DNA from: Tepidisphaeraceae bacterium
GTDB taxonomy: Bacteria; Planctomycetota; Phycisphaerae; Tepidisphaerales; Tepidisphaeraceae
NCBI GenBank assembly: GCA_036558265.1
Contig: DATBFY010000088.1
Coordinates: forward strand, 1-59,982
Length of the DNA: 59,982 nt
Reading direction: 5' to 3'
Of this stretch, positions 7,838 to 16,000 are shown in pieces. The notes below the pieces were generated by a model. It was given only the letters and a program-made list of their open reading frames with translations, was not told the origin of the DNA and searched no databases. The first letter of the stretch is position 1; the number at the start of each line of letters is the position of its first letter. The position numbers and the translations under genes are program-made.

Positions 7838-9355
7838 TCACGCGGATGCAACCGCGGCATCATAGCGGGAAATCATCTCGCGCAAACGGTCTTCGGGCTG
7901 GATCGCGAAGAACAGTTCGCGGTCGAAGACGGCCTTCTGGCGGAGCTGTTCGCGGGTCGCTTCCTCGAGGCGGGCCGACCATGCCTGAATTCCGGGCTCG
8001 GCGCGCTGTTGCGCGAGCCGCGCGTGCATCTGGAAGAAGAGTTCCCGCCGCTGCTCCGAACGGCGGGGCAGCGTCGCGATGCGCTGGACGAGGTCGCGCT
8101 TCTCGCGCGAGAACGATCCGTGGCGAAGGCGGCGCCCCTCCTGGAGGAGCGGGCGAAGACTGATCCGCCTCTGGCCCCGCGCCGCGGGGAAGTAGAGGGT
8201 AGCCGTCGTCACCGAGAAGCGCGGCGGCTCAATCCCGAAATGGCTGGCGATCAGGCGATCGGTCACCTGGTCGTAGCGTCCGCCGCCGATGCCGTGGACG
8301 AACTGATCCGCGAGCAGGAGCCGGAAGAACAGGGTCAACGTGAGCGCCCGCGGGGCGAGCCGCAGGTCGTGGGCACGGAGGAACGCCAGCAACGCCCCTG
8401 CAGCAGAAAAGCCCTGGGCGCGATCGTCCAGGACGAACGCATTCCCGTCCTGCGGCGCTTGGATCGTCCAGGTTTCGCCGTGGCGTTGCAGCAGCAGGCG
8501 GACGCGCGACTCGTTCGACACGTCGTCCAGCCAGAACGGCGCCTCGGCCTGGTCGGCGCTCACGTGCAGGTCCGGCATCGGCCGCCCGGGCGAGTGGATC
8601 CCCTGTTGGCGCCGATAGTCCGCAAGGGCCGCGTTGTACTGCCGGGCGAAGCGATCGGCGTTGGCAAGCAGGTGATGTACGAAGACCAGGTAAGGCTCGC
8701 ACGTCCACACGGGCGACATCAGCAGCGCGTGTTGGCGGAGGCCCAGGCCCCAGTCCAACTGGTGGATCGCGTTGGTGAGGCTTGCCGCCAGCGGGGGCTG
8801 TTCGATCGCCAGCCGCCTGAATTGCGCGAGCAGATCGTAAAGCGCGGGAACGAAATCCCACTCGCGGCCGGCATCCCGGATCGCCGATTCGATCTGATCC
8901 AGGTGCGCCGGCGATGGGCCGTCCAACATTCCCGTCCACGCGGCCGAGGTCAAGCGGTCGTCGTCGGTGATCGGCATCGAACCGCCGGGCCAGCGCAGGT
9001 GCAGGTGTTTCGGGGCGTCACTGTCCACGGCAAATCGCCACGGCTCGGCGCCGAGTCGTCCCGCGATTGCGTTGGTCAGGACGTCCTTCACCCAGACCCC
9101 CGGGTGGTACAACTCGGTTTGATGTCCGGTGGCGATCAGCGCCTGATCGTCGGCGGTGTGACCGATCCACTGTCGCTGGCGCTTGCGCAATTCACGAAGG
9201 GGAGTGTTCTGGATCAGCGCGTCGGCCGAGGCGAGCCGGCGCTGGTTCTCGCGCGTCTCGCGCAGGAGGGTCGATGCGTCAGGCCAGATCAGGATCTGCC
9301 CGTCATCGTCGGGGGCTTTCCAGTCGGCGTAGCCAGAGGGCGGGGAGGAGCTCAT
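7838..9355 (-). CDS. conserved-looking hypothetical protein, 505 aa (unknown function)
   Basis: The ATG overlaps the GT2 stop (ATGA at 9352-9355). Composition is balanced with no TM segments. Motifs 'LIATGHQTELYHPGVWVKD' and 'FVHGIGGGRYDQVTD', then a helical C-terminal third. I do not recognise the family securely. Confidence 0.75.
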   Translation of the reverse strand: MSSSPPSGYADWKAPDDDGQILIWPDASTLLRETRENQRRLASADALIQNTPLRELRKRQRQWIGHTADDQALIATGHQTELYHPGVWVKDVLTNAIAGRLGAEPWRFAVDSDAPKHLHLRWPGGSMPITDDDRLTSAAWTGMLDGPSPAHLDQIESAIRDAGREWDFVPALYDLLAQFRRLAIEQPPLAASLTNAIHQLDWGLGLRQHALLMSPVWTCEPYLVFVHHLLANADRFARQYNAALADYRRQQGIHSPGRPMPDLHVSADQAEAPFWLDDVSNESRVRLLLQRHGETWTIQAPQDGNAFVLDDRAQGFSAAGALLAFLRAHDLRLAPRALTLTLFFRLLLADQFVHGIGGGRYDQVTDRLIASHFGIEPPRFSVTTATLYFPAARGQRRISLRPLLQEGRRLRHGSFSREKRDLVQRIATLPRRSEQRRELFFQMHARLAQQRAEPGIQAWSARLEEATREQLRQKAVFDRELFFAIQPEDRLREMISRYDAAVASA

Positions 9356-10137
9356 TCGCCGCAGAAACAGCTACAGATCGCGGGTTGATCGATCACCGCC
9401 GCGGCCGACGCCGACGATTTGACGGCGTCGTCCCTCATCCGCACCAGTTCGGCGTTGAGGACGTCCTTGTAATGGGCCAGGCGGATGCCGGCGTCGTCGA
9501 GCAACCCGCCGAAATGCCGCGTCGGATCGTTGTAGATCAGGCGCACGGGAATCTCGGTGATGCGGAGGCCCGCCTCGTACGCCCGCGGCCAGAACTGCAT
9601 CGGGAAGGCGTAACCGGTCTCGGAGAGGTTCAGCCGCCGCATCGATGGGACGCGGTGGGCCTTGAAGCCGCAGAACGAGTCGGTCAGGCGCCATTCGAAG
9701 AGGTCATTGAGCAGCGCCGTAACCGTGGCGTTGATCGCGCGGCGGTCGCCGGGGGGCAGGTCGTCTTCCTGGCTGGCGCGAAGGTAGCGCGACCCGCTGA
9801 TCAGGTCCCATCGGTCGGTTTGAATTTCGCGGATGAACTCGGGGATCATCTCCGGCTCGTGCTGCTCGTCGCAGTCCATCGTGATGACCCAGTCGTAGCC
9901 GTGGCGATTGGCGTAGCGGAACGCGTCGATCAGGCTTTGCCCGTAACCCCGATTGACGCAGTGTCGAATCAGGCGGATATCGGACCTTGCCGCCCGCTCA
10001 GAGAGGACGTCGGCGGTCCCGTCGGTGCTGCCGTCGTCGATCACGAGAATGTCATCGTGGAATCGGCGGACCTTATCCAGGACCGTCGAAACGTACTTCC
10101 GCTCGTTATAGACCGGGATCGCGATGAGCAGCCGCAC
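9352..10137 (-). CDS. family-2 glycosyltransferase (polyprenol-phosphate/DPM1-like)
   Basis: GTG start. 'LLIAIPVYNERKYV', 'VIDDGSTDGT', 'VITMDCDEQHEP' (DxD-type), 'ISGSRY'. Unusual Cys-rich C-terminal tail 'ICSCFCGE'. Confidence 0.85.
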   Translation of the reverse strand: MRLLIAIPVYNERKYVSTVLDKVRRFHDDILVIDDGSTDGTADVLSERAARSDIRLIRHCVNRGYGQSLIDAFRYANRHGYDWVITMDCDEQHEPEMIPEFIREIQTDRWDLISGSRYLRASQEDDLPPGDRRAINATVTALLNDLFEWRLTDSFCGFKAHRVPSMRRLNLSETGYAFPMQFWPRAYEAGLRITEIPVRLIYNDPTRHFGGLLDDAGIRLAHYKDVLNAELVRMRDDAVKSSASAAAVIDQPAICSCFCGE

Positions 10138-10284
10138 GCAACACTCCTTGCTGGTCGTCGGTTACCTCTGATGTCCGAGGCCATCGGTTATCTCATGATT
10201 TCCTGTCGAGTTACCGATGTTGATCCTAGACCTGCCATCGGACAGGGTCAACCGCGGATTCAACCGCGCCGCGCGGCGCCTGAG

Positions 10285-10314
10285 TTGACCGCTGCAAACG
10301 CCGGGCCGTATATT
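10285..10314 (+). promoter_or_regulatory. sigma70-like promoter upstream of the TPR lipoprotein gene (TTGACC-N18-TATATT)
   Basis: TTGACC 10285-10290 and TATATT 10309-10314, in the divergent GT2/TPR spacer. Confidence 0.35.
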
Positions 10315-10378
10315 CGCCACGACCGTCCCGGCAGGCAGATTCGCCCGGGACGCGCGACCCCCCGGGACCAAGACAACC

Positions 10379-11407
10379 ATGTGCAGCAGTACCCACCGCC
10401 CGAATTCGATCGTACGTCTCACCCTGACCGCCGCCACGTTCGCGGGAGTCCTGTCGGGCCTCTTGTACGTCGCCGGCGGATGCGCCGGGCACGGCCAGGC
10501 GCAACGCAACGATGCCGCCCTCAAGGCTTACGTTCAGGGTGTTCTGGCTTACCAGCAGGGCGACACCGCCAAGGCCATGGTTGACCTTCAGGATGCGGTC
10601 AGCAAGAAGGACGACCTGGTGATGGCGCGATCGATGCTTGGCGACCTTTATCGCGCCAGGTCGGACTACGAGGCCGCCCGTCAGCAGTACGAGGCGGTTT
10701 CCCGACTCGACCCCTACGACTACCTCCACCACTATCACCTGGGCCTGGTCTACCAGTTCCTCAACCGGCTCCAGGAAGCGGCGGCCAGTTACCTCAAGGC
10801 ACTGGACCTTAAACCTGACGACGCCAAGTCGAACATGTCGCTGGGCACCGTGTACTTCGCGCTGAACCAGCCGCAGGAGGCGTTGAAGTACGCGCAGCGG
10901 GCGGTGGACCTCGATCCCAAGTCGGCCGCCGCGTGGGTCAACCTCGCGCTGATCCTTGACGCGAACAACCAGTTCCCGCAGGCGGAGCAGGCCTATCGCA
11001 AATCCCTGGATCTGGATTCGAAGAACCCGGTGACGACGCTGTACCTGGGCGAGAACCTGCTGTCGCAGAAGAAATACGATCAGGCTCGCAGCGTCTTCGG
11101 TGAACTGGTCAGGATTCAGGACTCGCCCCTGCACCGCAAGCGGTTCGGCGACGCGTATTTCGGCGAGGGCAACTTCGCCGAAGCGCTGAACCAGTACCAG
11201 GCGGCGCTCAAGCTGGATCCGGTTTACTACCCGGCCCTGAACGAGATCGGCGCCACCTACATCGCCGATTACGAGAAGGGCCTGGGCCTTGATGACGCCA
11301 AACGCAAATCGGCGTTAGACGTCTGGCAGCAGAGCCTCTCGATCAATCGTGCCCAGCCGCGCATCATGGCGCTGGTTCAGAAGTACTCCAAGGCGCCCGC
11401 GTTCTGA
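10379..11407 (+). CDS. TPR-repeat protein, possible lipoprotein
   Basis: The N-terminal hydrophobic segment ends in 'YVAGGCAG'. Multiple 34-residue TPR units follow ('AAASYLKALDLKPDDAKSNMSLGTVYF', 'ALKYAQRAVDLDPKSAAAWVNLALI', 'AEQAYRKSLDLDSKNP'). Confidence 0.85.
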   Translation: MCSSTHRPNSIVRLTLTAATFAGVLSGLLYVAGGCAGHGQAQRNDAALKAYVQGVLAYQQGDTAKAMVDLQDAVSKKDDLVMARSMLGDLYRARSDYEAARQQYEAVSRLDPYDYLHHYHLGLVYQFLNRLQEAAASYLKALDLKPDDAKSNMSLGTVYFALNQPQEALKYAQRAVDLDPKSAAAWVNLALILDANNQFPQAEQAYRKSLDLDSKNPVTTLYLGENLLSQKKYDQARSVFGELVRIQDSPLHRKRFGDAYFGEGNFAEALNQYQAALKLDPVYYPALNEIGATYIADYEKGLGLDDAKRKSALDVWQQSLSINRAQPRIMALVQKYSKAPAF

Positions 11408-11414
11408 TACGCTC

Positions 11415-12173
11415 GTGCGTGGCTTGCCGCTCCCCAGACTTCAAATCCTCCTCGACACACCCGACCTGGTCGCGATCCAGAAACCGGCGGGCCTGGCGAC
11501 GATCCCCGGCCGGGGTGAGACGACCAGTGCCCTCGAACAGCTTGGCGCCCAGATCGGCCTGCCGTCATCGGGAACGAGCGATCCTCGCGTCCGCGTCGTC
11601 CACCGCCTGGACAAGGACACGTCGGGCGTGCTCCTGTTCGCCAAACACACGGCTGCCCAGCGGCACCTGTCACACCAGTTCCAGAACAACACGGTGCAGA
11701 AGGAGTACCTCGCCCTGGTCGCCGGTCGACCGAGTGAAGATGAAGGGCAGATCGACGCGCGGCTGGCCCCGAACCCGAAGAACCCCAAGCAGATGGCCGT
11801 CTCGAAACACGGGCGCCCGGCATTCACACTGTGGCGGATCGAGCAGCGGTTCCGCGCGCACACGCTGTTGCGCGTTTTCCCGCGGACCGGTAAGACCCAC
11901 CAGATCCGCGTCCATCTCAAGCACGCCGGGATGCCGCTGGCGGTCGATCCGCTCTACAACCCCGGCGCGCCGCCGCTGTTGCTCAGCTCATTCAAGCGCG
12001 ACTACCGCCCGACCCGCGCCGAGGCGGAGCGTCCCCTGATTGCGCGGCTGACGCTTCACGCCGAAAAATTACGATTCAAGGATCTCGCTAACGCCGAGGT
12101 CGAGATCGTGGCGCCCCTGCCCAAGGATTTCCGGGCGGCGGTGAACCAACTTGCCAAGCTTGTCGGACGGTAG
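11415..12173 (+). CDS. RluA-family pseudouridine synthase
   Basis: 'LVAIQKPAGLATIP', catalytic 'VHRLDKDTSGVLLFAK', 'KEYLALV', 'GKTHQIRVHL'. I prefer the GTG at 11415, 8 nt after the upstream stop. The track ATG at 11349 would overlap the TPR gene by 59 nt, so the start is uncertain. Confidence 0.85.
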   Translation: MRGLPLPRLQILLDTPDLVAIQKPAGLATIPGRGETTSALEQLGAQIGLPSSGTSDPRVRVVHRLDKDTSGVLLFAKHTAAQRHLSHQFQNNTVQKEYLALVAGRPSEDEGQIDARLAPNPKNPKQMAVSKHGRPAFTLWRIEQRFRAHTLLRVFPRTGKTHQIRVHLKHAGMPLAVDPLYNPGAPPLLLSSFKRDYRPTRAEAERPLIARLTLHAEKLRFKDLANAEVEIVAPLPKDFRAAVNQLAKLVGR

Positions 12174-12185
12174 TACCTCGACCGA

Positions 12186-13106
12186 TCACTGCCCCCCCAT
12201 GAGCACCGCCAGCAACCCCTTTTGAAAATGCAACCGGTTTGCCGCCTCGGGGAAGACCAGCGATTGCGGTCCCTCCAGCACGCCTTCGCTGATCTCATAT
12301 CCCCGGTATGCGGGCAGGCAGTGCAGCACGACGGCGTGTTTGGGCGCGACGGCCAGGAGCCGCTCGTCCACCATAAAACCGTGGAAATCGCGCTGCCGCT
12401 GCTGTTTCTGCGCCTCCTGGCCCATGCTGACCCACGTGTCGGTGACGATCACGTCGGCATCGCGGACGGCGTCCTCGGGGTCGCGGCTGGGCACGAAGTC
12501 CAGTTCCGGGACCCGGGCCATGATCTGGTCCACGTCCTCGCCGGTGAACTCGTACCCCGCCGGCGACGCCAGCACGAACCGCATCGCGAACCGCCCGCAG
12601 GCTTCGGCAAGCGAGCGTGCGACGTTATTACCGTCTCCGACGAACGTCATCGTCCGGCCCTTGAGGTTGCCGAAGTGCTCCTCGACGGTCATCAGATCGG
12701 TCATGGCCTGGCAGGGGTGACTGAAATCCGTCAGGCCGTTGATCACCGGGACGTTTCCGAAATGCGCGAGGCGCTCGACCTTTGAGTGCTCGAACGTGCG
12801 GGCCATGATCCCGTCGCACATGCCCGAGAGCACGCGGGCGACGTCCTGCACCGGCTCGCGCTTGTCGAGGCCGACCTCCTCGTCGCGCAGCAGAAGGCCG
12901 CTGCCCCCCAGGTGCGTCATCGCCACGGCGAAGCTCACGCGGGTGCGCAGGCTTGGCTTCTCGAAGATCATCGCCAGCGTTTTGCCCGCAAGCAGCGGGT
13001 CGTTGCGCCCGGTTTCCTCGTGCTGCTTTTTCAGACGCCTGGCGACGTCCAAGAGGTGCCGAAGCTCGTCGGCAGTGTGGTCGGCGATGTTGATGAAATG
13101 TTTCAT
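12186..13106 (-). CDS. argF: ornithine carbamoyltransferase
   Basis: 'FEKPSLRTRVSF' (S-x-R-T-R), 'SHPCQAMTDL' (HPxQ), 'TDTWVSMGQE', 'HCLPAYRG'. ATG at complement 13104-13106; the track start at 13112 is a TTG two codons upstream. Confidence 0.92.
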   Translation of the reverse strand: MKHFINIADHTADELRHLLDVARRLKKQHEETGRNDPLLAGKTLAMIFEKPSLRTRVSFAVAMTHLGGSGLLLRDEEVGLDKREPVQDVARVLSGMCDGIMARTFEHSKVERLAHFGNVPVINGLTDFSHPCQAMTDLMTVEEHFGNLKGRTMTFVGDGNNVARSLAEACGRFAMRFVLASPAGYEFTGEDVDQIMARVPELDFVPSRDPEDAVRDADVIVTDTWVSMGQEAQKQQRQRDFHGFMVDERLLAVAPKHAVVLHCLPAYRGYEISEGVLEGPQSLVFPEAANRLHFQKGLLAVLMGGQ

Positions 13107-13113
13107 GGTCAAA

Positions 13114-13170
13114 GGGTTCAGGGTTCAGGGTTCAGAGAACAGGCCCTTCCGACCTGAACCCTGAACCCGG
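13114..13170. repeat. heptad-repeat hairpin in the argB-argF spacer
   Basis: GGGTTCA x3 (13114-13135) faces CTGAACC x2 (13154-13168). A perfect 15-bp stem (13121-13135 / 13154-13168) encloses an 18-nt loop. Confidence 0.8.
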
Positions 13171-13180
13171 ACCTTGAACG

Positions 13181-14059
13181 CTAAAGAACGATTTCGGTCC
13201 CAATCCCCGCCTCGGTATAGATCTCCAGGAGCAGGGAATGCGGGATGCGGCCGTCGATGATGTGGGCCTTGCCGACGCCCGCCTGCAGCGCGGTGATGCA
13301 CGCTTCGACCTTGGGCAGCATGCCGCTGGAGATCGTGCCCTTCTTGACCATCTCCTGCACCGCGCTCACGTCCAGGTGGGGTACGCGGCTCTCGGGGTCC
13401 TTGGGGTCCGAGCGGATGCCGTGGGTGTCGGAGATGATGACCAGCTTCTCGGCCTTCATGGCGGCGGCGACGGCGCCGGCGGCGGTGTCGGCGTTGACGT
13501 TCAACCGCCCGCCCGCATTGTCGCGCGAGATCGTCGCGATCACCGGGATCGCGTCGGCCTGCACCAGCAGTTGCAGGAGCCGCGCGTTCACGCTTTTGAC
13601 CTCTCCCACCAGTCCCAGGTCGATCCGGCGGCCGTCCTCGCCCTGCAGGTAGGTCTTCTCGGCGAAGAGCACGTTGCTCGACAGTGAGTGGAGGCCCATC
13701 GCCTCGCACCCCTGGCTCTGGATGAAGTTGACGATGAAGCGGTTGATCTGGTTGCAGAGTACGTGCTCGGCGATCGCGATCGTCCGCTCGTCGGTGTAGC
13801 GGCGGCCCTGCACCCATTGGGGGACCAGGCCCGCCTTCTCCATCGCGTCGTTGATCGCCTTGCCGCCGCCGTGGACGATGACCGGCTGCATGCCGACGTA
13901 GTTCATGAAGACGATGTCGGCGAGGATGGTGGAGAGGGCCTCCTCGTCGTCCATGATCGAACCGCCCACCTTGACGACGACGACCTTGTCGTGGAACCGC
14001 TGGATGTACGACAGCGCCTCAACGAGCGCCGCCGCCTTGGGGATTGCCGCATCGATCAT
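13181..14059 (-). CDS. argB: acetylglutamate kinase
   Basis: 'VVVKVGGS', 'PVIVHGGG', 'GRRYTDE', 'NVNADTAAGAVAAAM', 'LVIISDTHGI', 'GMLPKVEA'. Start taken at MIDAAIPK (ATG complement 14057-14059). The in-frame upstream start of the track ORF at 14098 is possible. Confidence 0.9.
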   Translation of the reverse strand: MIDAAIPKAAALVEALSYIQRFHDKVVVVKVGGSIMDDEEALSTILADIVFMNYVGMQPVIVHGGGKAINDAMEKAGLVPQWVQGRRYTDERTIAIAEHVLCNQINRFIVNFIQSQGCEAMGLHSLSSNVLFAEKTYLQGEDGRRIDLGLVGEVKSVNARLLQLLVQADAIPVIATISRDNAGGRLNVNADTAAGAVAAAMKAEKLVIISDTHGIRSDPKDPESRVPHLDVSAVQEMVKKGTISSGMLPKVEACITALQAGVGKAHIIDGRIPHSLLLEIYTEAGIGTEIVL

Positions 14060-14193
14060 CGCAGGACTGCTCTTTCGCAAACGAGGAAAAGGGGGCAAGT
14101 GTAAAAACCGACACGCGACGTGTCAAAACGCAGAGCCTGTTCGGATTCCCTCGATTCGTTGCAAAATATCGATGCCGGCCCGATCATGAAGTG

Positions 14194-15999
14194 ATGCCAG
14201 ACCATGTGATCTGGAGCACTTCTCGAGGGCTTTTTGTGCAATGGAAACCAGGGGCAGCCTTTGGCCTGGTCCTTTCCACGGCGGCGCTGTTGGTGACCGC
14301 GGTGGGGTGCGACCGTCCGACAAAGCCGGGCGCGACGACGGCGACTGCTGCATCGCCGGCGGACCACCCGCGGGGCGAATGGTTCGAGGAGATTGGCGCG
14401 ACGCGCGGTCTTCATTTCGTCCAGGAGTGCGGGGCAGGCGGGCGTTATTCGCTTCCCGAAGTCATCGGGTCGGGCGCGGCCCTGTTCGACTATGACAATG
14501 ACGGTCGTTTGGATGTGCTGTTGATCCAGAACGGCGGGCCCGACTCCTCCGCCCGGAACAAGCTCTTCCATCAGGAACCCGACGGGAGCTTTCGCGATGT
14601 CAGCGCGGGCTGCGGGCTTGACCGCAGCGGGCGCGGCATGGGCGTGGCGATCGGGGACGTGAACAATGACGGGCTGCCTGACGTGGTTCTGACCGGATAC
14701 GGCGGCGCGCGGCTGCTCATCAACCGGGGCAACGGCCGCTTCGAGGACGTCACGCACGACGCCGGGTTGGACATTCCCGGGTGGTCGGTCTCGGCTTCCT
14801 TCTGCGACTTCGACCGCGACGGGTGGCTGGATCTGGCGGTCGTGCGTTACGTGGCGTACACCGAATCGACGCGCTGGACCGACGTTTCGGGCCAACCCGA
14901 ATACGCGCCGCCGCTTCTGTTCGCCGGATCGAGTGCGCGCGTGTATCGCAATCTCGGCCGTATGGGCAATGTTGTGCGGTTTGAGGACGTCAGTTTCCCT
15001 TGCGGCATCGGTCGGGTCGCCGGACCGGGTCTGGGTATCGCCTGCGCCGACTTCGACGGCGACGGCTGGCCTGACGTGCTGATCGCCAACGACGGCGCGG
15101 CCAACCAACTCTGGATCAACCAGCGCAATTTCACGTTCCGCGAAGAGGCGCTGTCGCGCGGGCTGGCGCTCAACGCCAACGGCGTGCCGCAGGCGAACAT
15201 GGGCGTCGCGATGGCAGACCTGACGGGCGCCGGGCTCTTCGACGTCTACATCACGCACCTGACCGAGGAATCCAACGTCTTGTGGCGGCAGGGGCCGGCG
15301 GGGTTCTTCGAGGACCGAACCGCAGCCAGCTGGCTGGCATCCCCGCTGTGGCGCGGCACGGGTTTCGGCGCAGTCTTTGCCGACTTCGACAACGACGGCC
15401 AGGCGGATCTGGCAGTGGTGAACGGCCGTGTTCGGCGGTCGCGGATCGATGCGCGCACCGTTGCGGGCGATTATTGGGCGCCTTATCGCGAGCGGAACCA
15501 GATCTTTCGCAACCAGGGCGGCGCGCAATTTGGCGACATCTCCGACGTGAATCCGGCGTTCTGCTCGATCCCCAATGTTGGGCGCGGACTGGCGTGCGGC
15601 GACATCGACAATGACGGCGGCATCGACCTGCTGGTGACCGCCCTCAATGCCCCCGCCAGGCTTTACCGCAATGTCGCCCCGCGGCGCGGGCACTGGCTGG
15701 TGGTGCGGGCGATCGATCCGGCGCTGGGCGGCCGCGACGCATACGGGGCACACGTCATGCTCAAAACCGACGGCTCTGAGCGGCACGGCTGGGTTAATCC
15801 GGGGTACAGTTACGCCTCCAGCAATGACCCGCGCGTGCATTTTGGCCTGGGCGACGCCGCCCGGTTCGATTCCATCGACATGATCTGGCCTGACGGGCTG
15901 CGCGAGCGTTTCGACGGCGGGGCGGCCGATCGGCTGGTCGTCCTGGCGCGCGGTACGGGACGCCGGCAGTCGCCCGCCACACGATCGACCGTGAATTGA
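14194..15999 (+). CDS. CRTAC1-family protein (FG-GAP/VCBS repeats + ASPIC/UnbV C-terminal domain), possible lipoprotein
   Basis: ATG at 14194. 'LLVTAVGCD' is lipobox-like. Six DxDxDG loops ('DYDNDGRLDVLL', 'DVNNDGLPDVVL', 'DFDRDGWLDLAV', 'DFDGDGWPDVLI', 'DFDNDGQADLAV', 'DIDNDGGIDLLV'). C-terminal 'GYSYASSNDPRVHFGLG'. Confidence 0.88.
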   Translation: MPDHVIWSTSRGLFVQWKPGAAFGLVLSTAALLVTAVGCDRPTKPGATTATAASPADHPRGEWFEEIGATRGLHFVQECGAGGRYSLPEVIGSGAALFDYDNDGRLDVLLIQNGGPDSSARNKLFHQEPDGSFRDVSAGCGLDRSGRGMGVAIGDVNNDGLPDVVLTGYGGARLLINRGNGRFEDVTHDAGLDIPGWSVSASFCDFDRDGWLDLAVVRYVAYTESTRWTDVSGQPEYAPPLLFAGSSARVYRNLGRMGNVVRFEDVSFPCGIGRVAGPGLGIACADFDGDGWPDVLIANDGAANQLWINQRNFTFREEALSRGLALNANGVPQANMGVAMADLTGAGLFDVYITHLTEESNVLWRQGPAGFFEDRTAASWLASPLWRGTGFGAVFADFDNDGQADLAVVNGRVRRSRIDARTVAGDYWAPYRERNQIFRNQGGAQFGDISDVNPAFCSIPNVGRGLACGDIDNDGGIDLLVTALNAPARLYRNVAPRRGHWLVVRAIDPALGGRDAYGAHVMLKTDGSERHGWVNPGYSYASSNDPRVHFGLGDAARFDSIDMIWPDGLRERFDGGAADRLVVLARGTGRRQSPATRSTVN

Positions 16000-16000
16000 C

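Noticed and set aside
7661-9388. 575-aa plus-strand ORF; likewise 5747..7045 (+, 432 aa) and 10226..11134 (-, 302 aa)
   Set aside because: They are antisense to the tightly coupled minus-strand operon or to the TPR gene. Composition is low complexity and Arg-rich.
13114-13170. CRISPR-like or telomere-like repeat
   Set aside because: The units are only 7 nt, there are three plus two copies, they are arranged as an inverted repeat, and there are no spacers or cas genes.
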